NCBI GenBank assembly: GCA_964016885.1
Contig: OZ024741.1
Span: 286,998,001-287,062,000, forward strand
Direction: 5' to 3'
DNA length: 64,000 bases
Source: Eledone cirrhosa
Taxonomy: Eukaryota
The notes beneath the pieces are model-generated. The model saw only the letters and a program-made list of their open reading frames with translations. It made no database searches and had not been told where the DNA came from. Shown here in pieces: positions 14,190 through 27,129 of this stretch (position 1 is its first letter; every line of letters begins with the position of its first letter). The translations under genes and the position numbers were made by a program.

Positions 14190-15870
14190 TCGTGTAAATG
14201 TGTATATTTTTAGTTGTATGTGTGCATGTGTATATGCTTAGTATCTGTACATGTGTACATGCAGTTATTAGATGCAAAATGTTTGGAATGTTTTACATAT
14301 GTTTACTGCTCCATTAATGGACTGTACTTGTAATTTCCTAAATAGTTGTGTTCTTTCTGTTCCTGTGAAGCCCTGCTTCTCAAGATTTGTATTGGGGCAG
14401 TTACTAACATAGCCCAGTGCCCCAATAATCACAGGCATAAATCTAAAGTTATAATCAGGGTGGAGTATCTGCAGATTTCTCATTAGTTCTGCATAAATAT
14501 TTTCCTTTTCGCTAATCTTTGATATTATATTGGCATCTGCTGGGCAGCTAACTTCCACTAATGTGCATGCCTTCTTTTCCCTGTCCCATATCATAATATC
14601 TGGTCTGTTATGCCTGCATTTTATTGAGGTTTTTACTGGAACATTCCACCAGTACTCTTTCATATTATGTACATGTATGTCTTCCACATTGCTGTAGCTT
14701 TTAATGTGTTTATTATTGCAATCTACGGATTGCATTGTTCAGTGTTTTGGCCATTATATTATGCCTCATAGTTGATAGTACCGCGATGACATCTTTGGAC
14801 AGCTGCTTATGACATGGGTGACATCTTCGATGTTAATTCTGCAGAGTCTGCACTTGTTATCACATCTAGGTGTTTTGCCTGCATCACTATCTCTTTTGTG
14901 AATCAGGTATTTCGTGTTGATTTCCTGTTCTTGGATTGCGAAAGCGTATCCTTCAAAGTGGGAGCCAATATAGCGGTTGTTGGTCCAAGATAGACTACTT
15001 TCTTTATGTATATTACTCTCACTCTGGAGTTTCCTGGCAACATATCCATGCATGATATTTTGCTGATAAGCATGCAGTTTTTCATCCATGGGTTCACTGC
15101 TCTACTGCTGAGCGACTTCCCTGGGCGTGAGTTTTTGATTATCACAAAGGGAATACCTCTCGAGGAGTTCCTTCCCAACTCTCATGATCTTATCTGTTTC
15201 ATGCAGATAGACTTGCTCGAGGGACGGGTTCCTACGCTTTGAGGTTCGTAGATGTTGTCGGAGGGATATGATGCGACATTCAAATGCTGTCTGGACTGAT
15301 GTTAGGCCTCTGTGCCTCCATGCTTACGTTTCAAGTAAAGGCGGTCTATGTCACTGTTGTTGTGGAAGTTTCCGGTGTTGTTTAGTATTTTTCGAGTTCT
15401 AACATCAATTGCTTGGATTTCGTCTATCGTCTAATTGTGTATTCCAAACGTTGGTGTTAGGACAGGAACAGTAAACACATTGTGAGCCACTGTTTTGTTT
15501 TGTGCAGAGAGTTCCGATGACCATATCTTTCTTAATCGGGTGTAGTATTCCCTGGTTACGCGTTCTTTATTACAGATACCATTATAGGATATGTTCTAAT
15601 CTATCCCCAGGTATCTATAGCAGTCCTCATCAGATATTGGTGAAACAGTTAGGCCATTGATACAAATGTTGCTAGATTGGGTAGTTGTTTGTCCCCGCTT
15701 TACAGTCATGTATGAGTATTTATCTTGGCCAAACTCCATTCTTATATCCTCTGAGAACGTTGTAACCAGGTCAAGATTTTTCTTCATCCCATCCATGTTC
15801 TTGAGTTTCAAATCATCCACAAAGAAATTATGGGTTAGGTTCGTATTTCTGTCCTCCTGTGAGCCAATGA
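14190..15870 (-). mobile_element. 5'-truncated R4/Dong-like non-LTR retrotransposon (RT C-terminus, CCHC finger, restriction-like endonuclease), decayed
   Basis: THNFFVDDLKL, FSEDIRMEFGQDK, YRYLGI, CRLCRINIEDVTHVISSCP, HNRPDIMIWD..LVEVSCP..EKENIY, PVIIGALG; frameshifts and stops; 5' end in (TATG)n; 3' limit approximate. Confidence 0.85.
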
Positions 15871-17002
15871 TGTATGTATGTATGTATGTATGTATGTATG
15901 TATGTATGTATGTATGTATGTATGTATGTATGTATGTATGCAATACTACCGTGATCCTCGAAATTGCGTTACCCAAGATGTGTCTTTTGAGGGAGTTGAT
16001 ACGTTTGTTTTTTTCATCCTACGTATTTAGTTTTCTCTCGTATGCAACTTTGTAATTTAGTACTATTCTAATGTTACACGATCCTTCTTTAATTAATTAA
16101 CAGTTTATTTACTGGCGTGATAACACTCTCTCCCCTTTCTCACTTTCTATCTCTCTCGCATCTTTTTTGACGAAAGTCGATATTTCACTCCTTTCGGCGT
16201 TATCATTTGCACATCTTGTTTGCATCGTATCCTGTTTACGTACTCGTTTTCTTGTCATACTCGAAAGGGACGCGCTTGTGTCCTCTCTCTATGTTGTTGT
16301 GTTGTCTTATATGCATGTTTCCAGCAGATTTTCTAAGCCATCGTGCAACCTGGGCTCAGTATTATGCAATACCACCATCATACACGAAATTGCAGGATGA
16401 TAGATACTTTTGTTCCAACGTATTCCTTCTTCCTCCTCCCATGCATCTTTGCTATTTACACACACACACACATATATATATATATATTGTCTGTAGTTAG
16501 TATTCTTTTCACCTTAGCCATTCTGGTCCATTACGATTTGAACACATGTATGTATATGCATGTGTTCGTTTTTCTTTTTGGTTCAGTTATACTATACGGC
16601 TCGGGAAAACCTCTTTCCTAGAGCTAATTTACTGTAATGAGACTATTTTGAGTTTCTACCTCAATACATGCCTTTGATATATATATATGTACAGAGAAAG
16701 AATATAGCAAATGTCAAGAAGTTTGTCAGCTCAATAATATAGAAAATGCCAAGAAGTTTGTCAGTTTGACATTTGACAAACAAAAATTTGAAAAAAAATA
16801 ATAATCAACCTTCAGGACACATGGTAGAATTTTTAGACTTATTTTAAGAAAAAAAGTAGCGTCTTCGACGTCTGGAAATACGGTAATTACAAAATATTTG
16901 GTCGAGCCAACATAAATAATGTGCGAAATGTTTGTTCATAGATAAGAATCGAAATCACGTTGTTCTGATACATCAAATTTTAAAAAAATATATTCATAAA
17001 GA

Positions 17003-17155
17003 GGCGATGAATTGGTAGTCATTAGAATGTCGGATGCAATGCTTTGTGGTATTCGTTTCAGCTCTCTGCTCTGTGAGTTCAAATCCCATCAAGGTCAACT
17101 TTGCCTTTCATCCATTCAAGGTCAATAAAAGAAGTACCAGTCTAATACTTGGGTC
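17003..17155 (+). mobile_element. Old diverged SINE copy, mirrored at about 19935-20085
   Basis: GAGTTCAAATCCC..GGTCAACTTTGCCTTTCATCC..GGTCAATAAAAGAAGTACCAG. Confidence 0.75.
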
Positions 17156-18926
17156 AACTTTTCCTGTATTTCTGTTTCTCACTTCCATTCTCTCATTCTC
17201 TCTCTATCCTTCTCTGAAAGACATTTGCTGTATTCAGAAATGGGTGCACCAGTTTTTAAAATACCCTAGAAACGCCGTATACGGCACCCCTACTATTCCT
17301 TCGGGAGTAACGAGATCATATATGCATACAAAATTTATATTCACTAAAAATATGGGATGATTTGTTGGGGGTTGCTCAGAATGACTCAACAAAACTTTAC
17401 GTCTGACATGTGATTCGGTTCTACAACCCCCGAGGATTTGATTTAAGTTTATATTCAATTTTCTGGGTTAACTCAAAGTCTCATACTCAAATTGAATTTC
17501 TTTATTATAGCAGTAATTGAAAAACTACAGAATTCTCAAGGAATACGTAATAATCTGACACTGATGTGATGATTTGTCCCTGATGTTATAATTGGGCCTA
17601 GATGGTGTGATAATTAAGCCCAGAAGATATCATTTTATATTATTTAAGTCTATACTTAAATTGTAGTTTACAGTAGATCGCCCCCAAATCAAAAGAAAAT
17701 ACCTGAATGTGTCTCTTAACTAAAAAGACAAATTTGCAACAGAGGCCGTATTTTTTTCTCCAGGTAGGTAACTAGTTCATTTCGAATAGTTTCGGTAGTG
17801 TGACAAAATTATGAAGCACATTGTTTTCATTTTGAAAAAAAGTATTAAGTATACAACAAGCTCTGGGAGTGACAGATTTTCAGAAAGGTTTCAATTAGAT
17901 TTAGCTTTAATATATGACTTGTTGCATGAACACGGTTTACTCTCAATGCATTTATAAAAATCCAATATTATATTGCTTATGTAGACAATTGTATCCAATG
18001 GAGTATAATATCACAGCATGGAGTAAAAAAAATAAACTACCTGGCTCAAAAACTCTAGAATCTGAAGAGGTGAAGTTTGGGAAATTAACCCCAACAAGCA
18101 GTGCCAAAAATTGTGCCAGAGCTGACAAACTTCTGGGCATTTGCTATATTCTTTCTCTGTACATATGTCACACCTAAACTATATCATTAATAGTTTAGAC
18201 GTTAACGAGATTGAAAAGCGAAGTGGTACGATAAAGTATATTTCTATTTGATAACATGATAACATTTTGCACGGTTACTCAGTGCAACTTACACACACTG
18301 ATTATCATCAAAAATAATAATCAATCAAATAATCAAATAAATAATAATAAAAAAAAAGACAGTAGTCATGTATCTTACCCATTTAATGGCATAAATATGA
18401 CATCTCTTAATAATTTTCACAATGGGTCAAGTGTAATTTGAAGTCTGTAATATCTGAAGCACTCTTGTCATAGTGTCATCTTCTGATTTGTACTACTGCA
18501 GCTCTGTTGTTATACACGACTCATAATTCAACAGATAGATTAACAAACATAAGTGCTAATATATAATTTATGAATACTGTTCACCGTGTTGTTCATATGA
18601 TAGAATCACCTCTCACACGCAGAAGTAGTGTTATGTTTAGGTCAGTAATGAGAACATTTTCTTTAACAATAGTTTACACATACTTCGTAGTTCGGATGTT
18701 TGAGAGTCTTTCAGGGACGTTGTGCTAAACACACAGTTTATAATACTAGCAAATGGCTGTAAATGATAAATAGAGACAATTATTGGCACTGCTTGTTGGG
18801 GTTAATTTCCCAAACTTCGCCTCTTCAGATTCTAGAGTTTTTGAGCCAGGTAGTTTATTTTTTTTACTCCATGCTGTGATATCTGAAGCACTCTTTGGAT
18901 ACAATTGTCTACATAAGCAATATAAT

Positions 18927-19108
18927 TGTTTCTATTTTAGGCACAAGGCCAGCAATTACCCAGTGTATTACTGGTACTTTATTTTATCGACCCCGTAAGG
19001 ATGAAAGGCAAAGTTAACCTCGGCGGGATTTGAACTCAGATCGTAAAGGGACGTAACTATGCTGGAAAGCATAGCGTCCGACCCTCTACCGATACTGCCA
19101 ATCCACCG
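18927..19108 (-). mobile_element. Full-length SINE with 16-bp target-site duplication
   Basis: TSD ACATAAGCAATATAAT at 18911-18926 and 19109-19124; empty site present in the other arm at about 17966-17982. Confidence 0.93.
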
Positions 19109-20204
19109 ACATAAGCAATATAATATTGGATTTTTATAAATGCATTGAGAGTAAACCGTGTTCATGCAACAAGTCATATATTAAAGCTAAATCTAATTGA
19201 AACCTTTCTGAAAATCTGTCACTCCCAGAGCTTGTTGTATACTTAATACTTTTTTTCAAAATGAAAACAATGTGCTTCATAATTTTGTCACACTACCGAA
19301 ACTATTCGAAATGAACTAGTTACCTACCTGGAGAAAACAATACGGCCTCTGTTGCAAATTTGTCTTTTTAGTTAAGAGACACATTCAGGTATTTCCTTTT
19401 GATTTGGGGGCGATCTACTGTAAACTACAATTTAAGTATAGACTTAAATAATATAAAATGATATCTTCTGGGCTTAATTATCACACCATCTAGGGCCAAT
19501 TATAACATCAGGGACAAATCATCACATCAGTGTCAGATTATTACGTATTCCTTGAGAATTCTGTAATATTTCAATTACTGCTATAATAAAGAAATTCAAT
19601 TTGAGTATGAGACTTTGAGTTAACCCAGAAAATTGAATATAAACTTAAATCAAATCCTCGGGGGTTGTAGAACCGAATCACGTCAGACGTAAAGTTTTGT
19701 TGAGTCATTCTGAGCAACCCCCAACAAATCATCCCATATTTTTAGTGAATATAAATTTTGTATGCATATATGATCTCGTTACTCCCGAAGGAATAGTAGG
19801 GGTGCCGTATACGGCGTTTCTAGGGTATTTTAAAAAGTGGTGCACCATTTCTGAATACAGCAAATGTCTTTCAGAGAAGGATTGAGAGAGAATGAGAGAA
19901 TGGAAGTGAGAAAGAGAAATACAGGAAGAGTCGACCCAAGTACTAGACTGGTACTTCTTTTATTGACCTTGAATGGATGAAAGGCAAAGTTGATCTTGAT
20001 GGGATTTGAACTCACAGAGCAGAGAGCTGAAACGAATACCACAAAGCATTGCATCCGACATTCTAATGACTACCAATTCATCGCCTCTTTATGAATATAA
20101 TTTTTGAAAATCTGATGTATCAGAACAACGTGATTTCGATTCTTATCTATGAACAAACATTTCGCACATTATTTATGTTGGCTCGACCAAATATTTTGTA
20201 ATTA

Positions 20205-20374
20205 TCGTATTTCCAGACGTCGAAGACGCTACTTTTTTTCTTAAAATAAGTCTAAAAATTCTACCATGCGTCCTGGAGGCCGAAGGTTGATTATTATTTT
20301 TTTTCAAATTTTTGGTTGTCAAATTTAGGGTGTGTCCTCGAGGAACGAAGCGTCTTCGGCGCCGGGAAATACGT
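20205..20374. mobile_element. Tc1/mariner (pogo/Tigger-like) MITE
   Basis: Imperfect TIRs TCGTATTTCCAGACGTCGAAGACGC and GCGTCTTCGGCGCCGGGAAATACGT, with TA on both sides. Confidence 0.65.
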
Positions 20375-20462
20375 TACCTTAATAATTGCCGTGATTAAAG
20401 CGTAGTTGCGAACTACCCAGGTGTTTTATTTATGTTGAATATATATTTTTGATTTTTAATTT

Positions 20463-21051
20463 AGGCACAAGGCTGGCAAAAATGGGGTGTGGCAAAGTTG
20501 ATTAAATCAGCGCCAGTTCTTAACTATTACTGCGATTTATCGACACCGGAAAGATGAAAGGGAAAGTTAACATCGGCGGATTTGAAACCAGAACCTAGAG
20601 GGTCGTAGCGAAATATTACAATTCATTTCACTCAACACACTGACGATTACGCCAATTCTGAATTGGCAGTATCGGTAGAGGGTTGGACGCCATGCTTTGG
20701 CGCATAGAGTTACGGCCCTTGCCATTCTGAGTTCAAATCCCGCCGAGGTTAACTTTGCCTTTCATCCTTACGGGGTCGATAAAATAAAGTACCAGTAATA
20801 CCAGTGTATTACTGGTACTTTAATTGCTGGCCTTGTGCCAAAAGTAGAAACAATTATGTAAAAGCGGTGGATTGGCAGTATGGGTAGAGGGTCGGACGCC
20901 ATGCTGTGCAGCAGAGTTACGTCCTTTTATGGACTGAGTTCAAATCTCGCCGAGGTTAACTTTGCCTTTCATCCTTACGGGGTCGATAAAATAAAGTTCC
21001 AGTAATACACTGGGATAATTGCTGGCCTTGTGCCAAAAGTAGAAACAATTA
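20463..21051. mobile_element. SINE cluster: diverged minus copy (about 20463-20655) and two tandem plus copies (about 20660-20857 and 20865-21051)
   Basis: Same A box, B box, central domain and 3' end as 12011-12201. Confidence 0.85.
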
Positions 21052-21360
21052 TATAAAATATATATTGAAAGCGTTTTATAAGCATACATAATTGACTGTA
21101 GGACAAAGCAAGAAATAAGAGAATAAATAACAGACGATGTTATATATAAACTGAAATTGTTTGCTGCTTCTTGCTGGGAAATTTGCTTTATTGTCTTATT
21201 TTATCCCATAAACACTTTCGAGTATTTAGAAGGATTGTCTGCTTAGGTTCTTATGTTTTCTTATGTTCTTATCAACAAGCTGAAGAGTGGAAAATGTGGG
21301 ACAGACGTTATTTTATTATGTGTAACTGAAACGCCACATAAGTACACACACACACACGCG

Positions 21361-21449
<89 letters not shown>

Positions 21450-21481
21450 TGTGTGTGCGTGTTTGCGAGTGCATGTAATCA

Positions 21482-21900
21482 CTCTATATATAAAACAGAG
21501 GATGTCTGTCTGTCTGTGTAAATCCCTAAAACTCGAGAAATGCCCGACCGATTTTTTTCAAACTTTACACATGCGTTACTTATATTTCTTGAAGTGCAAT
21601 GGGCTTAAGTTTTAACTTTTTCTGCCTTAGGGCCCGCATTAGGCGAAAAACCGCATTTTTTTTGTATTTTTAGGTTTTTTGAGGCGTAACTTAAAGATAA
21701 TCCACCCGATTTCCTCGAAATTTGTAGCACACATTAGTTAGTCCCCTCGCATTGCTGTGGACGAAAAGAAATTCCGATTCCATTAATGGTTTCTAGGAAA
21801 TTTACAAATTAGCATTGGACATTACATGCCATTTTCATTTTCAATATAAACGCTACTTAAACATCGTAAGTAGCGTATAATATTTCGTTAAAAATTTGGT
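21482..21900 (+). mobile_element. Possible non-autonomous Helitron-like 5' end
   Basis: TCTATATATAAAA..GTCTGTCTGTCTG..ACCGATTT..AAACTTT, with a repeated CCGATTTCCTCGAAATTT motif; resemblance from memory only, no 3' hairpin or CTRR found. Confidence 0.4.
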
Positions 21901-23169
21901 TTATTTAACAGAGGACACAACACTGACTTACTTTTAAGCAGGACCATTTTTGGGATTGAGGAAATTAGGAGGACCTTAAAATTTTGTCTGCGTTCTGTTG
22001 ACGCTTCGTGCTTTCATCACGCGCAAATCCGGGCCCTGTGTACGTTGCCGTGTTATTGACACCGTAAAACTCGTCTGTGCTACTTCTACTAAGACCCCTT
22101 TTGTTGCACCTACACCGCAGTATGAAGCCCTGCGCAAGTACTCCGAACAGCGGTTGTGTTAATTCCACGGTGACCCCTTTTGTCGCACCTTTGTTGCTGT
22201 GTAAACGCAGTGCAACCAGTACCGCCCAGCGTTTGTGCTAATTGCACTATGACCCCTTCTGCTGCAACTGCGTTGCCAACCTGATTTCGTCATCTCAATA
22301 TCTCTACTTAAACGTACACCCCTACTTGGTTTTCATACAATTGACTACGTCACTCCTTCAGACTGACGTGGTTCCCCATTCGTGATGTAATTCGTGAATA
22401 GACTTACGACATACATCGCCCCACAACACTTACTTACACCTTTCGCATACAGGATTTCCGCAATAAGTCCACAGACACTGCTACTACTGGATTTGGCCTG
22501 CTGGTGTTCTACGTTTCCAGTAGAAGAACCATCATTCCCTGACACTATACACACACTCCTTAAAACCATATTCCAATAATAGAATTTCTTTTACAACCCT
22601 ACTGCTGCCATAGAATGTGTCTCTACCTTACAATTCCCCATCCCCATTTGAACTCTTGACCAGTCAATTAACACAATCAGATATACACACACATATTTAC
22701 AGAATATTTTTTTTTGCACCCCCAAACACATTTTTGTTCTGTAGAGAAACACAACTACCAACACTACTGCTACTACCATGCCCACACAAGAACTCATTCT
22801 CCAGTCTACTTCTGAGCAAGGAAGATGGGGAAAAAACTTACTCAAATACTTAATTTTAAATCTTTAATGTTTAGCTTTTAATTCCTATTAATTCTTTTTA
22901 ATTGTAATACTCAACATTTGATAAGATGAATTTTAATAATACATCAAAACCGGTAATACTTTATATGCTTTATATACATTATAAAATTTTTTTTAAAAAG
23001 AATTGTCCCTCTCATTTTTTCAATAATGTCATCTTTTCAATAATGTCACTTTGACGAATGAAAGAAAGGAAAAAAAGAAAGACAGACACTAAAATATATT
23101 TTCTGTGCTATTACCAATTTCACCTTTTCTCTATATCCAGTGTTTTGTATAGAACCTTACTTCCCTTTA

Positions 23170-23260
<91 letters not shown>

Positions 23261-23424
23261 AGGTGTATTATTGGTTGTGTAAAATGGTCCAATAAATTTA
23301 TGTTAGCAATATTAAGTTCTCCGCGCTTTTGTATATCTCCAATTCCATTCAAGGAAGCAGATAGGTGATGTAAAACGGAGTATAAGTATCAAAATGAAAA
23401 TCTGAAGGCAAGATAAAATTCCAA

Positions 23425-23513
23425 TCATTTTAATTACGACACAGGTTTCAATAAGAGACGGATCGATCGTAAAGCCATGATCAATTATCACTGTCCTCAT
23501 CAGGTGAAAATGA
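23425..23513 (-). ncRNA. Putative type I hammerhead (fold-back B, left arm)
   Basis: TCATTTT-c-AC-CTGATGA-G..T-GAA-ACCTGTGT-C/GT-aatt-AAAATGA; stem II imperfect. Confidence 0.6.
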
Positions 23514-25294
23514 ATTGTCTTCAAATTCTTGATATGAAGGAGAAAATTAGCAATGTTCACTCACAGAGTTTATTCCCTCATATGAAAATCCAGTAGTCAG
23601 AAATAGGGCGACTGCTATCAGCTTCAGTTAGGGTCATAAAACTGTCAAATCTCCATAGCTGCAAAGAACGCTGGACATTAATCAGATCTGTAGAAATACA
23701 GTCGGTCACAGTTAATGTGAGTGGGTACACACACACTCAACACCCATACACACCGGCTCGAGGTCAAAGAAAAAAAAATATATATATATACACATATCAA
23801 CACAGCATCAAACCTGTAGAACTATAGAAGGTCACAATTAGTGTGAGTGGGTACATACACACTCTCACACACATCGAAGCGATGTCATAGAAAAAAAACA
23901 ACAAATATAAGAATAAGAATATACCAACACAGCATTCACCGAAAGTTCGTTTACAAAACAACAAATGCTACATTGGTTAAATCTCAATTTGACGATGTAA
24001 ATTGGAAATATTGGGTTAACCACAGCCCCATACACATACACACACACACACAAGCAAGTAAGTTCAGTTCAGTGTTCTGTTATATATGTATAGATTGAAT
24101 TGTAACATCCGTATCTTCAAATGTATGTTATGGTATATACACATCCGTATCGTCCGAAAAAGTGTATGTCAGGTATAAACACATCCATGTGAAGAGCAAG
24201 CAATCAGTTCATATCGAACTCAGTATGTACCGCTGTCCCATTGAGAGTCCGAGTCCCCAAAACCGTGCGAGCAAGCAACCACAATATAGGCCAGCAAGGG
24301 ACGCCGTGTAGGTTTGGGTATTTGGGTTAATGTGTCAGTAAGTGCAATTTCCGGTCAAATGGGCCCTTGGGCTTTTAAGATAGGTGTTTGAGTGGTGGAG
24401 GTGTGTTATCCAACACAAAAGGTAAAGTAAATAACAAAGGATAGCAAAACCTAGAGGATGTGTGTAGGCCCATTAATGGTGTGTAAGTAATATTGTTCAA
24501 TCCGTAACTGTGAGCACTCTATGGTTAGATGATCACGGATCAAAACCTAGTGTAGTGTTCAATCGGTAGGAACGTGACCAGTCGCAACTGTGGGAACAAT
24601 ATTACTTATACACCATTAATGGGCCTACACACATCCTCTGGGTTTTGCTATCCTTTGTTATTTACTTTACCTTTTGTGTTGGATAACACACCTCCACCAC
24701 TCAAACACCTATCTTAAAAACCCAAGGGCCCATTTGACCGGAAATCGCACTTACTGACACATTAACCCAAATACACAACCCTACACGGAGCTCCTTGCTG
24801 GCCTACATTGTGGTTGCTTGCACGCACGGTTTTGGGGACTCAGACTCTCAATGGGACAGCGGTACATACTGAGTTCGATATGAACTGATTGCTTGCTCTT
24901 CACATGGATGTGTTTATACCTGACATACACTTTTTCGGACGATACGGATGTGTATATACCATAACATACATTTGAAGATACGGATGTTACAATTCAATCT
25001 ATACATATATAACAGAACACTGAACTGAACTTACTTGCTTGTGTGTGTGTGTGTATGTGTATGGGGCTGTGGTTAACCCAATATTTCCAATTTACATCGT
25101 CAAATTGAGATTTAACCAATGTAGCATTTGTTGTTTTGTAAACGAACTTTCGGTGAATGCTGTGTTGGTATATTCTTATTCTTATATTTGTTGTTTTTTT
25201 TCTATGACATCGCTTCGGTGTGTGTGAGAGTGTGTGTGTACCCACTCACACTAATTGTGACCTTCTATAGTTCTACAGGTTTGATGCTGTGTTG

Positions 25295-25352
<58 letters not shown>

Positions 25353-25604
25353 CTTTGACCTCGAGCCGTGTATGGGTGTTGAGTGTGTGTGTACCCACTC
25401 ACATTAACTGTGACCGACTGTAATCTACAGATCTGATTAATGTCCAGCGTCCTTTGCAGCTATGGAGATTTGACAGTTTTATGACCCTAACTGAAGCTGA
25501 TAGCAGTCGCCGTATTTCTGACTACTGGATCTTCATATGAGGGAATAAACTCTGTGAGTGAACATTGCTAATTTTCTCCCTCATATCAAGAATTTGAAGA
25601 CAAT

Positions 25605-25679
25605 TCATTTTCACCTGATGAGAACAGTGCTTTACGATCGATCTGTCTCTTTTTGAAACCTGTGTCGTAATTAAAATGA
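25605..25679 (+). ncRNA. Putative type I hammerhead (fold-back B, right arm)
   Basis: TCATTTTCAC-CTGATGA-GAACAG..CTGTCTCTTTTT-GAAACCTGTGTC/GTAATTAAAATGA; GUC site after 25666. Confidence 0.6.
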
Positions 25680-25735
25680 TTGGAATTTTACCTTGCCTTC
25701 AGATTTTCATTTTGATATATATATATATATATATG

Positions 25736-25771
<36 letters not shown>

Positions 25772-26592
25772 GAGAGAGAGTGACATAATATATGGCTGCT
25801 GCTATGTGTGTTTGGATAAGGTCCATTACGAGAGTGCTAATGTTATTTTTATTTTTTGTTTGTGCGTGTGTGTGCATATATATATATATGTGTATGTGTG
25901 TGTGCGTGCGTGGGGGGTATGTGTGTGGGTGTTTGTATACAAGGGTGGGGGTGGGGGGTTATGTGTATATATATACACACACATAACCATGATGTATATT
26001 TATAAAAATAAGTCTCTGTAGTGTGTTTTCTTAACGCACGCGCAGTGATATACGAAATAAAATCGAAACCGGAATCAAATCCGGATCACAGCACACTTGT
26101 AGACGCAGACTCATTTTCCGGTGTTTAAGTTTACACAATGTCACTTACTTGTGTCTATCTATCTTTATGTAAAGCTCTATCTGTTTGTTTTTGTTATGAG
26201 TGCCCATTTCGTATGGGGTTTTATATTTCTCTGGACTCCAGGATAAAGGTGGCTGTAAAGTGTAGAGTGTAAATAGAAATAAGCAGGAATGAAGACAAAA
26301 TGACATCATAAATAAACAATTATTTCGATATCGATTAGTTCAGGGTACGATCATATTGATCGGGTCCCGACTTTGTGTCGACATCTCATCAGATATGCGA
26401 GCTCGTAGTTACAGAAAAAATTAAAACTGCCGAAAGAGGTCAAGGGGCCCCTTATATAAACCTTTGAACTTTTTGAAGCGCCAGGAGTTTGAAATTTGGA
26501 AATTCAGAAATTTAAGAATCCCGCACGCCAAAAAAGAAAAGCACCCAATCACTTTACTTACACGATTTACATGGATTTCTCAGCTGTTATAT

Positions 26593-26711
26593 ATAATTGT
26601 TTCTACTTTTGGCACAAGGCCAACAATTATCCCAGTGTATTACTGGTACTTTATTTTATCTACATCGTAAGGATATAAGGCAAAGTTAACCTCGGCGGGA
26701 TTTGAACTCAG
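26593..26711 (-). mobile_element. 5'-truncated SINE
   Basis: Reverse complement of the SINE from B box to 3' end. Confidence 0.85.
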
Positions 26712-27129
26712 TATATAATGATTAACAGTTATTCAGTGGCGGTGGAAATGAGGGGGGGGGGGGGGAGCAAGAGGGCCATGAGCCCCCCACCCCCATAATT
26801 TTTTTCTCCCCAAACTACCAAACACACATCTATTTGTGTGTATGCGCTATGTACGTGTTATGTAGAGACAGACGGGAGAGATAGATATATATTTCTATTT
26901 ATTTGCCACCAGGGCATCAAAGATTGGGACAAATACAAAGGGGGAGTTTACATACATTTAAAAAGATGTGTAAAAAACATATAACAAATTAAATTTAACA
27001 ATCGATGTCCTCAATAGGGAGGGGCGTTGACATGGGTCGTACACACCCCCGAAAAAATGTGCAACCCTCCTCTTCAGGAGCACAAAGAGCGGGTGCTTCC
27101 TTCCTCTTCTCATTCTTCTCCTCTCTCAT

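Larger units (their letters stand above)
16775..20322. repeat. Large inverted duplication: arms about 16775-18107 and 18783-20322, unique spacer about 0.7 kb
   Basis: Mirror ORFs 17034-17360/19830-20054, 17234-17458/19697-19885 and 17952-18140/18783-18998. Confidence 0.92.
23259..25717. mobile_element. Fold-back insert B: arms of about 1.1 kb (23385-24498 and 24593-25717), spacer about 95 bp
   Basis: Mirror ORFs 23847-24098/24994-25245; hammerhead-like motif near each outer end; bounded by (TA)n. Confidence 0.9.

Noticed and set aside
21965-22580. Coding remnant (Helitron Rep or viral) in a GC-richer patch
   Set aside because: No recognisable motif in any frame; only short internal repeats GACCCCTT..GCA(C/A)CT
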